Assembly (NCBI GenBank): GCA_002842205.1
Contig: PHCI01000010.1
Coordinates: 28,460 to 92,459, forward strand
Length of the DNA stretch: 64,000 bases
Origin: Betaproteobacteria bacterium HGW-Betaproteobacteria-3
GTDB taxonomy: Bacteria; Pseudomonadota; Gammaproteobacteria; Burkholderiales; Burkholderiaceae_C
Direction: 5' to 3'
Each line of letters starts with the position of its first letter. Positions within the stretch are counted from its first letter, which is position 1. A program made the position numbers and the translations under genes. Below, one piece after another: positions 1-9,130 of this stretch. The notes under the pieces are model-generated. The model had not been told where the DNA came from. It did not search any database and was given only the letters and a program-made list of their open reading frames with translations.

Positions 1-465
1 CTGGCCTTCGGCGTCGGCGCTGTCCACGTTCTGGCCACCACGCACGGCGTCGATGGCCGATTCGAGGTTCTTGCGGGTCAAGCCGTGGTCACGAACCAGC
101 TTGCCCACGTCGCCCTTGTGGTCGGCCGTGGCCAGCAAAAACAGCTCGCCCGCCACGTATTGGTCACCACGTTTGATGGCTTCCTTCTCGGACGCCTGGA
201 TCAGGCTCACGCTGTCGCGGCCGATCTGCACCTGCTCCTGGCCCTGGACTTGCGGCAGCTTCTTGACGGCCGCGTCCACGGCGGTCTGCAGTTGTGCGAC
301 GTTCACGCCCGCGCGCTGCAGCAGCGCGCGCGGCCCGTCGTCCTGGCGCAGCATGGCAGCCAGAATGTGCACGGGTTCAATGTAGGCGTGGTCATTGCCC
401 AGCGCCAGCGTCTGGGCGTCGCCCAGTGCTTCCTGGAATTTGGTGGTGAGTTTGTCGAGTCGCAT
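1..465 (-). CDS. clpB: ATP-dependent disaggregase ClpB, N-terminal part (runs off window start)
   Basis: Manual translation from ATG at 465: MRLDKLTTKFQEALGDAQTLALGNDHAYIEPVH...AIDAVRGGQNVDSADAEGQ, a typical ClpB N-domain; not in the ORF track because it is truncated. Confidence 0.93.
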   Translation of the reverse strand, partial: MRLDKLTTKFQEALGDAQTLALGNDHAYIEPVHILAAMLRQDDGPRALLQRAGVNVAQLQTAVDAAVKKLPQVQGQEQVQIGRDSVSLIQASEKEAIKRGDQYVAGELFLLATADHKGDVGKLVRDHGLTRKNLESAIDAVRGGQNVDSADAEGQ

Positions 466-498
466 GGAAAGAGGCTCCGATTGCTTGAGTTACCCGGC

Positions 499-526
499 AT
501 GTGGCGCTGTTTGCCGGGTTTTCAAG
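499..526 (-). promoter_or_regulatory. sigma32 (RpoH)-type promoter of clpB
   Basis: Minus strand CTTGAA-N16-CCACAT versus consensus CTTGAA-N13-17-CCCCAT, upstream of a heat-shock gene. Confidence 0.65.
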
Positions 527-564
527 CGGGCCACGCGCCAAACCGACCGTGACCGGCCATCAAC

Positions 565-578
565 TTGATGCAGATCAG
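565..578. promoter_or_regulatory. FNR/Crp-family-like box
   Basis: TTGAT-gcag-ATCAG, 9/10 match to TTGAT-N4-ATCAA, in the clpB-moaE intergenic region. Confidence 0.35.
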
Positions 579-695
579 ATGGCGACAGGCTCATACGGTT
601 TTGCATTCAAGCGTAGAACAAGGCGGGAGCCGCAGACAGTGCTGTAGCACGGCAAGGCGAACCAACGCGGTTATACGTTTGAAGGCAAAACCGTA

Positions 696-1211
696 TCAGG
701 CGTTGCCTGCCGCGATGCCCCAACGGGCCAGCGCGGCGTCGTCGCTCACGCGGGCGTCTACCCAGTGCGCGCCCTCGGGGGTCTGCTCTTTTTTCCAGAA
801 TGGGGCCTGGGTCTTGAGATAGTCCATGAGGAACTCGCAGGCCTGAAAGCTCTGCCCACGGTGCGCCGAGGTGACCGCCACCAGCACGATCTGGTCGAGC
901 GGCTGCAACAGGCCCACGCGGTGGATGACACGCGCGCCGTAAATGTCAAAGCGCCGGTGCGCCGCGTCGATCATGGCCTCGATGGATTTTTCGGTCATGC
1001 CCGGGTAGTGCTCGAGTTCCATGCTCGTGATTTCGGGGCCGGGGGGCCGTGCCGTGCGCGCAATGTCTGGCCGGGGGGGTGAATTGCGGTCGCGCACGGT
1101 GCCCACAAAGCTGCACACCGCACCCACGCGGGGCTCGTTGGCGCGCAGCGCGGCAACCTCGTCAGCGAGGTTGAAATCAGCGGTCTGGATGGTGACGCGG
1201 GAAGGGCTCAT
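696..1211 (-). CDS. moaE: Molybdopterin synthase catalytic subunit
   Basis: GAVCSFVGTVRD, LEHYPGMTEK, HRVGLL, MDYLKTQAPFWKKE motifs. Confidence 0.95.
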   Translation of the reverse strand: MSPSRVTIQTADFNLADEVAALRANEPRVGAVCSFVGTVRDRNSPPRPDIARTARPPGPEITSMELEHYPGMTEKSIEAMIDAAHRRFDIYGARVIHRVGLLQPLDQIVLVAVTSAHRGQSFQACEFLMDYLKTQAPFWKKEQTPEGAHWVDARVSDDAALARWGIAAGNA

Positions 1212-1243
1212 GGGTGCATTTTCGCAGTGCTAAGATGTTACCC

Positions 1244-1354
1244 ATGTTTGCTACAGGCCCATTCATCCGTTGCCCAGCACCCACCGGTGCCGTTGGGCTG
1301 GCGGGCGCATGTTGCCTGTGCGCAGACTCATCCAAAAAACCAAAGCTCATCTGA
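1244..1354 (+). other. Putative 36-aa leader peptide upstream of dapA-family gene
   Basis: ATG 1244 to TGA 1352-1354: MFATGPFIRCPAPTGAVGLAGACCLCADSSKKPKLI; three Lys codons next to the stop, embedded in inverted repeats. Confidence 0.5.
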
Positions 1355-1479
1355 CCGGGGCTGCGGTTCCGTCGTCGGATGAGCGATGGAACTGCCAGGT
1401 TGAGGCCTCCCCCATTTGGTTTTTCGCGCGCATCCGGTGACGGTATTTTGACCGGTCATTGTTTTTGAGGATACGCATC

Positions 1480-2403
1480 GTGCTAACTCCAAATCATCTT
1501 TTCTCTGGCCTCTGGGTCCCCTTGGTCACGCCGTTTCGCGAGGGCAAGGTCGATCACCCGGCCCTGCACCGGTTGGTGAAAAAACTTGGCCGCGACGGCG
1601 TGGCCGGCTTCGTGCCTTGCGGCTCCACCGGCGAAGCCGCGGCGCTTGACGAGGCCGAGCAGCTTGCGGTGCTGGCCACCGTGCTGGACGCCAGTGGTGG
1701 CCTGCCCGTGGCGATGGGGGTTTCGGGCTACCACCTGCCGCAGATGCTGGACTGGGTGCGCTTGCTGGGCCAACAGCCGGTCACTGGCCTGCTGGTGCCC
1801 GCGCCGCTGTACATCCGCCCGTCACAAACCGGGTTGCGCCACTGGTTTGAAGCCATTGCGACCGCCAGCCCGGTGCCGCTGATCGTCTATGACATCCCCT
1901 ACCGCACCGGCTCGCGCATCGAGGTCGACACCTTGCTGGCGCTGGCCAACCACCCCAACATCCATGCCGTCAAAGACTGCGGCGGCGACGCGCACAAGAC
2001 CCAAAAGCTGATTGCCGACGGGCGGCTGCGGGTGCTGGCCGGCGAAGACGCGCAGATGTTCAGCACCGTGGCGTTGGGCGGCGCGGGTGCGATTTCCGCC
2101 GCCGCCCATGTGAACACCGCCGCGTGGGTGCAGGTGCTGCAGCGCTTGCAGGCCGGGGATTTGCCCACCGCGCAGCGGATGTGGCACGCCTTGGCGCCGG
2201 TGATCGAGGCCCTGTTCAACGAGCCCAACCCGGCCCTGATCAAGGCGGTGCTGGCGCATCAGGGCCAGATGACGCCGGAACTACGCCCACCCATGATGGC
2301 GGCCACGCCCGAGGGTGCGGCGGCCATGCTGCAATTGCTGGCGGCAAGCGCGGCGGCTTCGCAACCACGCGCGGCGGGGGCGGGCGAAGTCAGCCGCCGG
2401 TGA
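1480..2403 (+). CDS. dapA: 4-hydroxy-tetrahydrodipicolinate synthase (DapA family)
   Basis: LVTPF, GSTGE, YDIPYRTG, AVKDC (Schiff-base Lys), EPNP motifs; GAGG SD before GTG 1480; may be a paralogue. Confidence 0.8.
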   Translation: MLTPNHLFSGLWVPLVTPFREGKVDHPALHRLVKKLGRDGVAGFVPCGSTGEAAALDEAEQLAVLATVLDASGGLPVAMGVSGYHLPQMLDWVRLLGQQPVTGLLVPAPLYIRPSQTGLRHWFEAIATASPVPLIVYDIPYRTGSRIEVDTLLALANHPNIHAVKDCGGDAHKTQKLIADGRLRVLAGEDAQMFSTVALGGAGAISAAAHVNTAAWVQVLQRLQAGDLPTAQRMWHALAPVIEALFNEPNPALIKAVLAHQGQMTPELRPPMMAATPEGAAAMLQLLAASAAASQPRAAGAGEVSRR

Positions 2404-2641
2404 CGGGGGGGAAGAACGCGACTTCGCAGCCTTCGGTCAGGGCGACCGTTTCGTCGCACATGACCTGGTTGTACGCCACGCGCACGGCCTTGCCGCGGGC
2501 CAGGCTTTCGGCATGGGCGCCGCCGCGTGCGATGAGTTCGTCGCGCAGGGCGCCCAAGGTGGTGGCAGCGGTGTCTACCGCTTCGGCGCCATGGCCGACG
2601 GCTTCGCGGATGGACGCGAAATAGCGCAGGTTCACCTTCAT
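2390..2641 (-). CDS. moaD: Molybdopterin synthase sulfur carrier subunit
   Basis: YFASIRE...EVAFFPPVTGG C-terminal diglycine. Confidence 0.95.
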   Translation of the reverse strand: MKVNLRYFASIREAVGHGAEAVDTAATTLGALRDELIARGGAHAESLARGKAVRVAYNQVMCDETVALTEGCEVAFFPPVTGG

Positions 2642-3927
2642 GCCAGCAGCTCCGAAAAAGGCAGGTACGACACCCGGTCGCCGTGGGCGATGGTGGCCCC
2701 GGCCGGGTTGTCCACCAGGCCGTCGCCCCAGACCACCGAAGTCAGCACGCCCGAGCTCTGGTTGCCAAACAGCTCAAGCCCGCCCGCAGCGTTGCGCCGC
2801 ACCCGCAGGAACTCGCGGCGCTTGTCAGCCTTGGTGACGTTGAAATGGGCCGGCAGGGTCCAGGGCGTCACGTCCAGCACGCGCGCGCCCTGCAGCTTGA
2901 GCAGGAACGGCCGCACCAGCAACAGAAAGGTGACGAAGCTCGACACCGGGTTGCCCGGCAGGCCGATGAAGTGGGCGTGGCCGGGCACGGTCGCGTCGCG
3001 CCGCACCATGCCGTGCGCGAACGGTTTGCCGGGCTTCATGGCGATCTGCCAGAGGTCGAGCGCACCGAGTTGCTCCACGGCGGGTTTGACGTGGTCTTCC
3101 TCGCCCACCGACACGCCGCCGCTGGTGAGAATCAGGTCGTGGTGGTCGGCCGCTGTTTTGAGGGCGGCCACGGTGGCGTCACGGCGGTCGGGCACGATGC
3201 CCAGGTCGCTGACCTCGCAGCCCAGGCGCTGCAGCAACACGCGCAGGAAGAACCGGTTGGAGTTGTAGATGGCCCCGCCGGGCATGTCGGCGGGCGCCAC
3301 CTCGCCGGGCATGACGAGTTCGTCGCCGGTGGAAAACAGCGCCACGCGCGGGCGCACCACCACGTTGACGTGGCCCAGCCCCACGCCTGCGGCCAGGCCC
3401 AGGCTGGCGGCGTTGAGGCGCTCGCCCTGGCGGAGGATGACGGCGCCCCGGGTAACGTCTTCGCCGGCACGGCGGACCCACTGCCCGGGTGCGGGAACGG
3501 CCTTGAACCGCACGCCACCTTCGCATTCATTGACCAGCTCCACGTCTTCCTGCATGACGATGGCGTCAGCCCCCGGCGGCACGGGTGCGCCCGTGAAGAT
3601 CCGCGCCGCCGACAGCGGCGCCAGCGCGTGCCCGGTGCTGCCCGCCGCAATGCGCTGAGTGACCTGCAGCACCACGCCGGGCTCGCGCACGTCAGCGCAG
3701 CGCACCGCGTAGCCGTCCATCGCGCTGTTGTCCTGCGGCGGCACCTGCAGCGCCGACACGATGTCTTGCGCGAGCACGCGGCCATCGGCCTCAAAGGTGG
3801 AGACCGATTCCACGTCGGCCAGTGGCACGGCGCGCGCCAGCAACCGGGCCCTGGCTTCGTCCAGTGCCATCAAGGGCGGTCGCTGCGACGGTGCAGGGCT
3901 GGAAGACGGGTGGGCGGGCGCGGTCAT
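2638..3927 (-). CDS. moeA: Molybdopterin molybdotransferase
   Basis: DNSAMDGYA, RIFTGAP, STGDEL, SGGVSVG, KPGKP, LPGNPVS motifs. Confidence 0.95.
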   Translation of the reverse strand: MTAPAHPSSSPAPSQRPPLMALDEARARLLARAVPLADVESVSTFEADGRVLAQDIVSALQVPPQDNSAMDGYAVRCADVREPGVVLQVTQRIAAGSTGHALAPLSAARIFTGAPVPPGADAIVMQEDVELVNECEGGVRFKAVPAPGQWVRRAGEDVTRGAVILRQGERLNAASLGLAAGVGLGHVNVVVRPRVALFSTGDELVMPGEVAPADMPGGAIYNSNRFFLRVLLQRLGCEVSDLGIVPDRRDATVAALKTAADHHDLILTSGGVSVGEEDHVKPAVEQLGALDLWQIAMKPGKPFAHGMVRRDATVPGHAHFIGLPGNPVSSFVTFLLLVRPFLLKLQGARVLDVTPWTLPAHFNVTKADKRREFLRVRRNAAGGLELFGNQSSGVLTSVVWGDGLVDNPAGATIAHGDRVSYLPFSELLA

Positions 3928-4469
3928 GGCTTGTCGGAGACGTACAGTTCGGCGTTGTATTCGAAACGTTCGTGATTGTCGGTCAGCCAGGCGGCCACGG
4001 CGTCAGGGTCGTTCAAATCCAGCACCGGGCGCAGGGTGGGCTCGGGCAGCGCATCGGGCGAATCGGTGGCGATGGCGACAATGAAATCGTCGTCCGGGTA
4101 GCGCGCCGGGTGGTTGGCCGAGGCCCGCCAGACTTCGACCTTGAGCAGGTCGCTGTCCTTGAAACCCTCGACCAGCACCCAGTCCACGCCCTCGTACAGT
4201 TCGGCCAGCAGATGGTGGGCCGTCAAACGGGCGGGCTGCTCGAACTCGCGCATCAGGGCCAGCCGGCGGTCGGACGCCACCACCACCTCGAAGGCACCGG
4301 CCTCGCGGTGGCGGTGCGTGTCCTTGCCGGCGTGGTCGATGTCAAACTTGTGGTGGGCGTGCTTGACCACCGACACCCGCAGGCCCCGAAACTTGAGCGC
4401 GGGAATCAGCCGCTCGACCAGAGTGGTCTTGCCCGAGCCGGAATATCCGGCGAAACCAACGACTTTCAT
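3924..4469 (-). CDS. mobB: Molybdopterin-guanine dinucleotide biosynthesis protein B
   Basis: GYSGSGKTT P-loop, VKHAHH, GKDT, LVEGFK. Confidence 0.93.
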   Translation of the reverse strand: MKVVGFAGYSGSGKTTLVERLIPALKFRGLRVSVVKHAHHKFDIDHAGKDTHRHREAGAFEVVVASDRRLALMREFEQPARLTAHHLLAELYEGVDWVLVEGFKDSDLLKVEVWRASANHPARYPDDDFIVAIATDSPDALPEPTLRPVLDLNDPDAVAAWLTDNHERFEYNAELYVSDKP

Positions 4470-4492
4470 GCGCAATGTCCAGGTTGGAAATG

Positions 4493-4556
4493 GCTACCAT
4501 AAAGATAGCTAACTATTTCCTTTTGACGGGGGCTAGATGCCTTTTTTATTACAAAT
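4493..4556 (+). repeat. Dispersed ~65 bp element, copy 1 (contains thrC stop)
   Basis: GCTA ccataaaga TAGC taactatttcctt TTGACGGGGGCT agatgccttttttattacaaat. Confidence 0.85.
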
Positions 4557-6005
4557 ATGGGCCACATAGGCCTGCACGGCACGCGTCTCGGCGGGCATCA
4601 CCTGCACGCGCTTGGGCAAGGCTTCAATGCCTTCGAATCGGGCCGGCCGCTCGGGTAGGCGCCCCAGCGCCTCGACGATGGTTTCGGCGAACTTGATGGG
4701 CAGCGCCGTCTCCAGCACGATCATCGGCACCCCCGGCTGCAGGTGCTCGCGCGCCACCTTGACGCCGTCGGCGGTGTGGGTGTCGATCATCACACCAAAG
4801 CGTGCGAAGGTGTCGCGGATGGTGGCCAGCCGGTCGGCATGGGTGCTCTTGCCGCTGACGAAGCCGTAGCGCGTGGCGGCCTGGGCAAAGGCCGGGTCGG
4901 CGCCGAGGTCGAACCGGCCGGTCTGGCCCAGCGCGTCACCGAACAAGGCCTTGACCCTGGCGCCATCGCGGTCCAGCAGGTCGAACACGAAACGCTCGAA
5001 ATTGCTCGCCTTGGAAATGTCCATCGACGGACTGGAGGTCTCGTGCGTGTCGGCACTGGCGCGCAGGCGGTACACCCCGGTGCGGAAGAATTCGTCGAGC
5101 ACGTCGTTCTCGTTGGTGGCCACCACCAGCTGCGCGATGGGCAGCCCCATCATGCGGGCCACGTGGCCGGCGCAGACGTTGCCAAAGTTGCCGCTGGGCA
5201 CCGTGAAGCTGACTTGCTCGGTGTCTGAACGGGTCGCTTGAAAATAACCCGCGAAGTAGTAAACCACCTGCGCCAGCAACCGCGCCCAGTTGATCGAATT
5301 CACGGTACCGATGCGGTACTGGCGCTTGAACGCCAGATCGTTCGAGACGGCCTTGACGATGTCCTGGCAGTCGTCGAACACGCCCTCGATGGCGATGTTG
5401 TGGATGTTGTCGTCCATCAGGCTGAACATCTGCGCCTGCTGGAACGGGCTCATGCGGCCGTGCGGGCTGAGCATGAAAACGCGCACGCCCTGCTTGCCGC
5501 GCATCGCGTATTCGGCCGCGCTGCCGGTGTCGCCGCTGGTGGCGCCCAGAATGTTGAGCTCTTCGCCGCGGCGTGCCAGTTCATACTCGAACAGGTTGCC
5601 CAGCAACTGCATGGCCATGTCCTTGAAGGCCAGCGTGGGGCCGTTGGACAGGGCTTCCAGATAGAACCCGACCTGTTCCGGGCCTGCCGAAGGGTCTTGA
5701 AGCGGCTTCAGCGGGACGATGGCCGCCGTGCCGTACACCGCTTCGGTGTAGGTCCTGGCGCACAGCGCCTGGAGGTCGGCCGCGGGAATGTCGTCGATGT
5801 AGAGCGACAGCACCTCGAACGCCAGCGCGGCATAACCACCCGCTGCGCCGCCGTTGAACACGCTGCGCCAGCGTGCCAGCGTGGCCGCATCGACTTGGGG
5901 GTAGCGCTCGGGCAGGTAAAGCCCGCCATCCGGGGCCAGGCCTTCGAGCAGGATTTCACAAAAGCGGCGGCGCTCGGGGTGGCCACGCGTGGAGAGGTAG
6001 AGCAC
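4533..6005 (-). CDS. thrC: Threonine synthase
   Basis: YLSTRG, GLAPDGGLY, GPTLAFKD (PLP Lys), ATSGDTG, NSINWAR, PSGNFGN. Confidence 0.97.
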   Translation of the reverse strand: MLYLSTRGHPERRRFCEILLEGLAPDGGLYLPERYPQVDAATLARWRSVFNGGAAGGYAALAFEVLSLYIDDIPAADLQALCARTYTEAVYGTAAIVPLKPLQDPSAGPEQVGFYLEALSNGPTLAFKDMAMQLLGNLFEYELARRGEELNILGATSGDTGSAAEYAMRGKQGVRVFMLSPHGRMSPFQQAQMFSLMDDNIHNIAIEGVFDDCQDIVKAVSNDLAFKRQYRIGTVNSINWARLLAQVVYYFAGYFQATRSDTEQVSFTVPSGNFGNVCAGHVARMMGLPIAQLVVATNENDVLDEFFRTGVYRLRASADTHETSSPSMDISKASNFERFVFDLLDRDGARVKALFGDALGQTGRFDLGADPAFAQAATRYGFVSGKSTHADRLATIRDTFARFGVMIDTHTADGVKVAREHLQPGVPMIVLETALPIKFAETIVEALGRLPERPARFEGIEALPKRVQVMPAETRAVQAYVAHICNKKGI

Positions 6006-6024
6006 GTTCAGGTCCTTGGCAGGG

Positions 6025-6339
6025 TCACAGGCTGATGCCGTAAATTTGGATGTCGATCCAGAACCGCGAGCCCAGCAGCAGCAGGTAGCCGCCGATCAGG
6101 ATGAGCCAGTGCAGCACGCGGTCGATGCGGTTGTCGGTGCGTTCGAGCAGTTCGAAATACAGCCAGGCCGCAAAGAAGCTGCCCAGCCCGTTGACCATGG
6201 TCTGCCACCAGCCCAGCTGGCCGCCCAGCGCCAGCGTGACCAGCACTGCAAACCAGAAAGCCAGGTGCCAGCGCGGCATCCCGACGTGGGCCATCTTGAG
6301 CAGCGCCGCCAGCGTGAGGGCGGCCACAACAGTGGGCAC
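6025..6339 (-). CDS. Hypothetical 3-4 TM membrane protein
   Basis: 104-aa hydrophobic ORF, co-oriented between hom and thrC, with GGAG-like SD. Confidence 0.7.
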   Translation of the reverse strand: MPTVVAALTLAALLKMAHVGMPRWHLAFWFAVLVTLALGGQLGWWQTMVNGLGSFFAAWLYFELLERTDNRIDRVLHWLILIGGYLLLLGSRFWIDIQIYGISL

Positions 6340-6405
6340 GGCAGGTCTCCTGGGGTTGAGGCCGGTTCATGGATTCTGCCAACGCACACATGCCGCCGGA
6401 TGCCC

Positions 6406-7752
6406 CTAGGCCAGCTCTTCCTTGCGGATGCGGGTGATGGGCGCCAGCACCGTGGGCAGCGCCTGCATCTGCGCCAGCGCGTCGTTCATGGTGCCTTCAC
6501 GCGTGTCATGGGTCAGGATGATGAGGTCGGTCGAGGGCACCGGGCCGCCGGGCTGGGCGCCGCCCTCATTGCTGACTTCGTCGGCCTCGCGCTGGAGCAT
6601 GGCGTCGATGCTGATGCCCGCTCCGGCCAGAATGCCCGTGACGCGGGCCAGCACGCCGGCTTCGTCGGCCACGCGCAGGCGCAGGTAGTACGCCGTGACG
6701 ACCTCGCTCATGGGCAGTACCGGCGCGCTGCTCATGGCGCCGGGCTGGAAGGCCAGATGCGGCACGCGGTGCGCTGCGTCGGCCGTGTGCAGGCGCGTGA
6801 TGTCCACCAGGTCAGCGATCACGGCGCTGGCGGTGGGCTCACTGCCTGCGCCCTTGCCGTAGTACAGCGTGGTGCCCACGGCATCGCCCTGCACCATGAC
6901 GGCGTTCATCGCGCCCTCCACGTTGGCGATCAGCCGCTTGGCCGGCACCAGGCTCGGATGCACGCGCAGTTCGACCCCGCGGTCGGTGCGCTTGGTGATG
7001 CCCAGCAGCTTGATGCGGTAGCCCAGTTGTTCGGCGTACTGGATGTCCGCCGCGCCGAGCCGGGTGATGCCTTCCACATAGGCCTTGTCGAACTGCACCG
7101 GGATGCCGAAGGCAATGGCGCTCATGAGCGTGACCTTGTGCGCGGCGTCCACGCCTTCGATGTCGAAGGTCGGGTCGGCCTCGGCATAGCCCAGGCGCTG
7201 CGCGTCTTTCAGTGCAGCGTCAAAGTCGAGCCCCTTGTCGCGCATCTCCGACAGGATGAAGTTGGTGGTGCCGTTGATGATGCCGGCGATCCACTGGATG
7301 CGGTTGGCCGTGAGGCCTTCGCGCAGGGCCTTGATGATCGGGATGCCCCCCGCCACCGCGGCCTCGAAAGCCACCATCACGCCTTTGGCATGCGCGGCGG
7401 CAAAGATTTCGGTGCCGTGCACGGCCAGCAGGGCCTTGTTGGCGGTGACGACGTGCTTGCCGGCCGCAATGGCTTCCAGCACCAGTGTTTTGGCCAGCCC
7501 ATAGCCCCCGATGAGTTCGATGACGATGTCGATGTCGGGGTTGGCGATCACGGCGCGGGCGTCGTTGACCACCTGCACCCCGGGCCCGACAATGCTGCGC
7601 GCCCGCGCCACGTCCAGATCGGCCACCATGGTGATCTCGATGCCCCGGCCGGCGCGGCCGCGGATTTCTTCCTGATTGCGGCGCAGCACGTGGAACGTGC
7701 CGCTGCCCACGGTGCCAATGCCCAACAGGCCTGCTTGGATGGGTTTCATCAT
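6406..7752 (-). CDS. hom: Homoserine dehydrogenase (ACT domain)
   Basis: GIGTVG, VVTANKA, FEAAVAGGIP, NGTTN, GYAEADPTFD motifs. Confidence 0.97.
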   Translation of the reverse strand: MMKPIQAGLLGIGTVGSGTFHVLRRNQEEIRGRAGRGIEITMVADLDVARARSIVGPGVQVVNDARAVIANPDIDIVIELIGGYGLAKTLVLEAIAAGKHVVTANKALLAVHGTEIFAAAHAKGVMVAFEAAVAGGIPIIKALREGLTANRIQWIAGIINGTTNFILSEMRDKGLDFDAALKDAQRLGYAEADPTFDIEGVDAAHKVTLMSAIAFGIPVQFDKAYVEGITRLGAADIQYAEQLGYRIKLLGITKRTDRGVELRVHPSLVPAKRLIANVEGAMNAVMVQGDAVGTTLYYGKGAGSEPTASAVIADLVDITRLHTADAAHRVPHLAFQPGAMSSAPVLPMSEVVTAYYLRLRVADEAGVLARVTGILAGAGISIDAMLQREADEVSNEGGAQPGGPVPSTDLIILTHDTREGTMNDALAQMQALPTVLAPITRIRKEELA

Positions 7753-7816
7753 TATTTAAATAAAAAGTGCCTTTAGCCCGCGTGAAATGGTCACAGTGTG
7801 CTACGTTTACGATAGT
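7751..7816 (-). repeat. Dispersed element, copy 2 (contains alaA stop, abuts hom start)
   Basis: Minus strand: ACTA tcgtaaacg TAGC acactgtgaccat TTCACGCGGGCT aaaggcactttttatttaaata. Confidence 0.8.
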
Positions 7817-9017
7817 TTTCAAGGAACCGTGCGATGCGGCCAATGGCCTCGCGCAGGTCGTCCTCGTGCGGCAGGAACACGATGCGGAAGTGATCCGGCT
7901 GCGCCCAGTTGAAGCCCGTGCCCTGCACCAGCATGACCCGCGTTTCCTGCAGCAGTTCCAGAAAGAACTGCTGGTCGTCCTGGATGGGGTACATCCTGGG
8001 GTCGAGCCTGGGGAACATGTACAGCGCGGCGGTGGGCTTCACGCAGCTCACGCCGGGGATGGCGGTGATGAGTTCGTAGGCCAGGTCGCGCTGGCGCCGC
8101 AGCCGCCCGCCCTCGCCCACCAGGTCGTTGATGCTCTGGTAGCCGCCCAGCGCCGTCTGGATGGCCCACTGGCCCGGCACGTTGGCACACAGCCGCATGT
8201 TCGAGAGCATGTTCAGGCCCTCGATGTAGTCCCTGGCGGGCTTCTTGTCACCCGAGACCACCAGCCAGCCCGCGCGGTAGCCGCAGGAGCGGTAGCTTTT
8301 GGACAGTGAATTGAAGGTCAGCGTCAGCACGTCTTCGGACAGGCTGGCGATCGCGGTGTGGTGGGCGCCGTCGTACAGCACCTTGTCGTACACCTCGTCG
8401 GCAAAAATCACCAGGTTGTGCTCGCGCGCAATCTGCACGATGGCCTGGAGCAGTTCGTCCGAATACAGGGCGCCGGTCGGATTGTTCGGGTTGATGACCA
8501 CGATGCCCTTGGTACGCGGGGTGATCTTGGCGCGGATGTCGGCCAGATCGGGCATCCAGCCGTTGGATTCATCGCACAGGTAATGCACGGGCGTGCCGCC
8601 CGAAAGGCTGGCCGCCGCCGTCCACAGCGGGTAGTCGGGGGCCGGCAGCAGCAGTTCGTCGCCATTGTCGAGCAGGCCGTTGGTGGCCATGACGATGAGT
8701 TCACTGGCCCCGTTGCCCAGGTAAATGTCGTCCAGTGTCACGCCCTTGACGCCCTGCTTCTGCGTCTCATGCATCACGGCCTTGCGCGCCGCAAAGATGC
8801 CCTTGCTGTCGGAATAGCCCGCCGAGTTGGGCAGGTTGCGGATCATGTCCTGCTGGATTTCCTCGGGCGCATCAAAGCCGAACACCGCCAGGTTGCCGAT
8901 GTTGAGCTTGATGATCTTGTGGCCTTCTTCCTCCATCTGGCGCGCGGCGTCCATGATCGGCCCGCGGATGTCGTAGCAGACGTTGGCAAGCTTGGCGGAT
9001 TTGGCAATGGTTTTCAA
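7791..9017 (-). CDS. alaA: PLP-dependent aminotransferase class I (AlaA/AlaT)
   Basis: KLANVCYDIRG, KLNIGN, INPNNPTG, DEVYDK, SLSKSYRSCGYRAGW; TTG start at 9017 inferred. Confidence 0.92.
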   Translation of the reverse strand: MKTIAKSAKLANVCYDIRGPIMDAARQMEEEGHKIIKLNIGNLAVFGFDAPEEIQQDMIRNLPNSAGYSDSKGIFAARKAVMHETQKQGVKGVTLDDIYLGNGASELIVMATNGLLDNGDELLLPAPDYPLWTAAASLSGGTPVHYLCDESNGWMPDLADIRAKITPRTKGIVVINPNNPTGALYSDELLQAIVQIAREHNLVIFADEVYDKVLYDGAHHTAIASLSEDVLTLTFNSLSKSYRSCGYRAGWLVVSGDKKPARDYIEGLNMLSNMRLCANVPGQWAIQTALGGYQSINDLVGEGGRLRRQRDLAYELITAIPGVSCVKPTAALYMFPRLDPRMYPIQDDQQFFLELLQETRVMLVQGTGFNWAQPDHFRIVFLPHEDDLREAIGRIARFLENYRKRSTL

Positions 9018-9130
9018 TGTCCCTCCGGGGCGGTGCGGCACGCCAGCGCACAATGACCCCGTGCGCGGGCGAAACCTATAATTTGACCACAGTTCCGCAC
9101 GTTTTCTGTGCACTGCAGCCTCCGCACACC

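Noticed and set aside
4523..4551. TTGACG in the repeat read as a simple sigma70 -35 promoter
   Set aside because: There is no consistent -10 at 17 bp, and several copies point antisense into gene 3' ends (thrC, dnaB, hemP, MarR, FAH). Individual copies might still have promoter activity.
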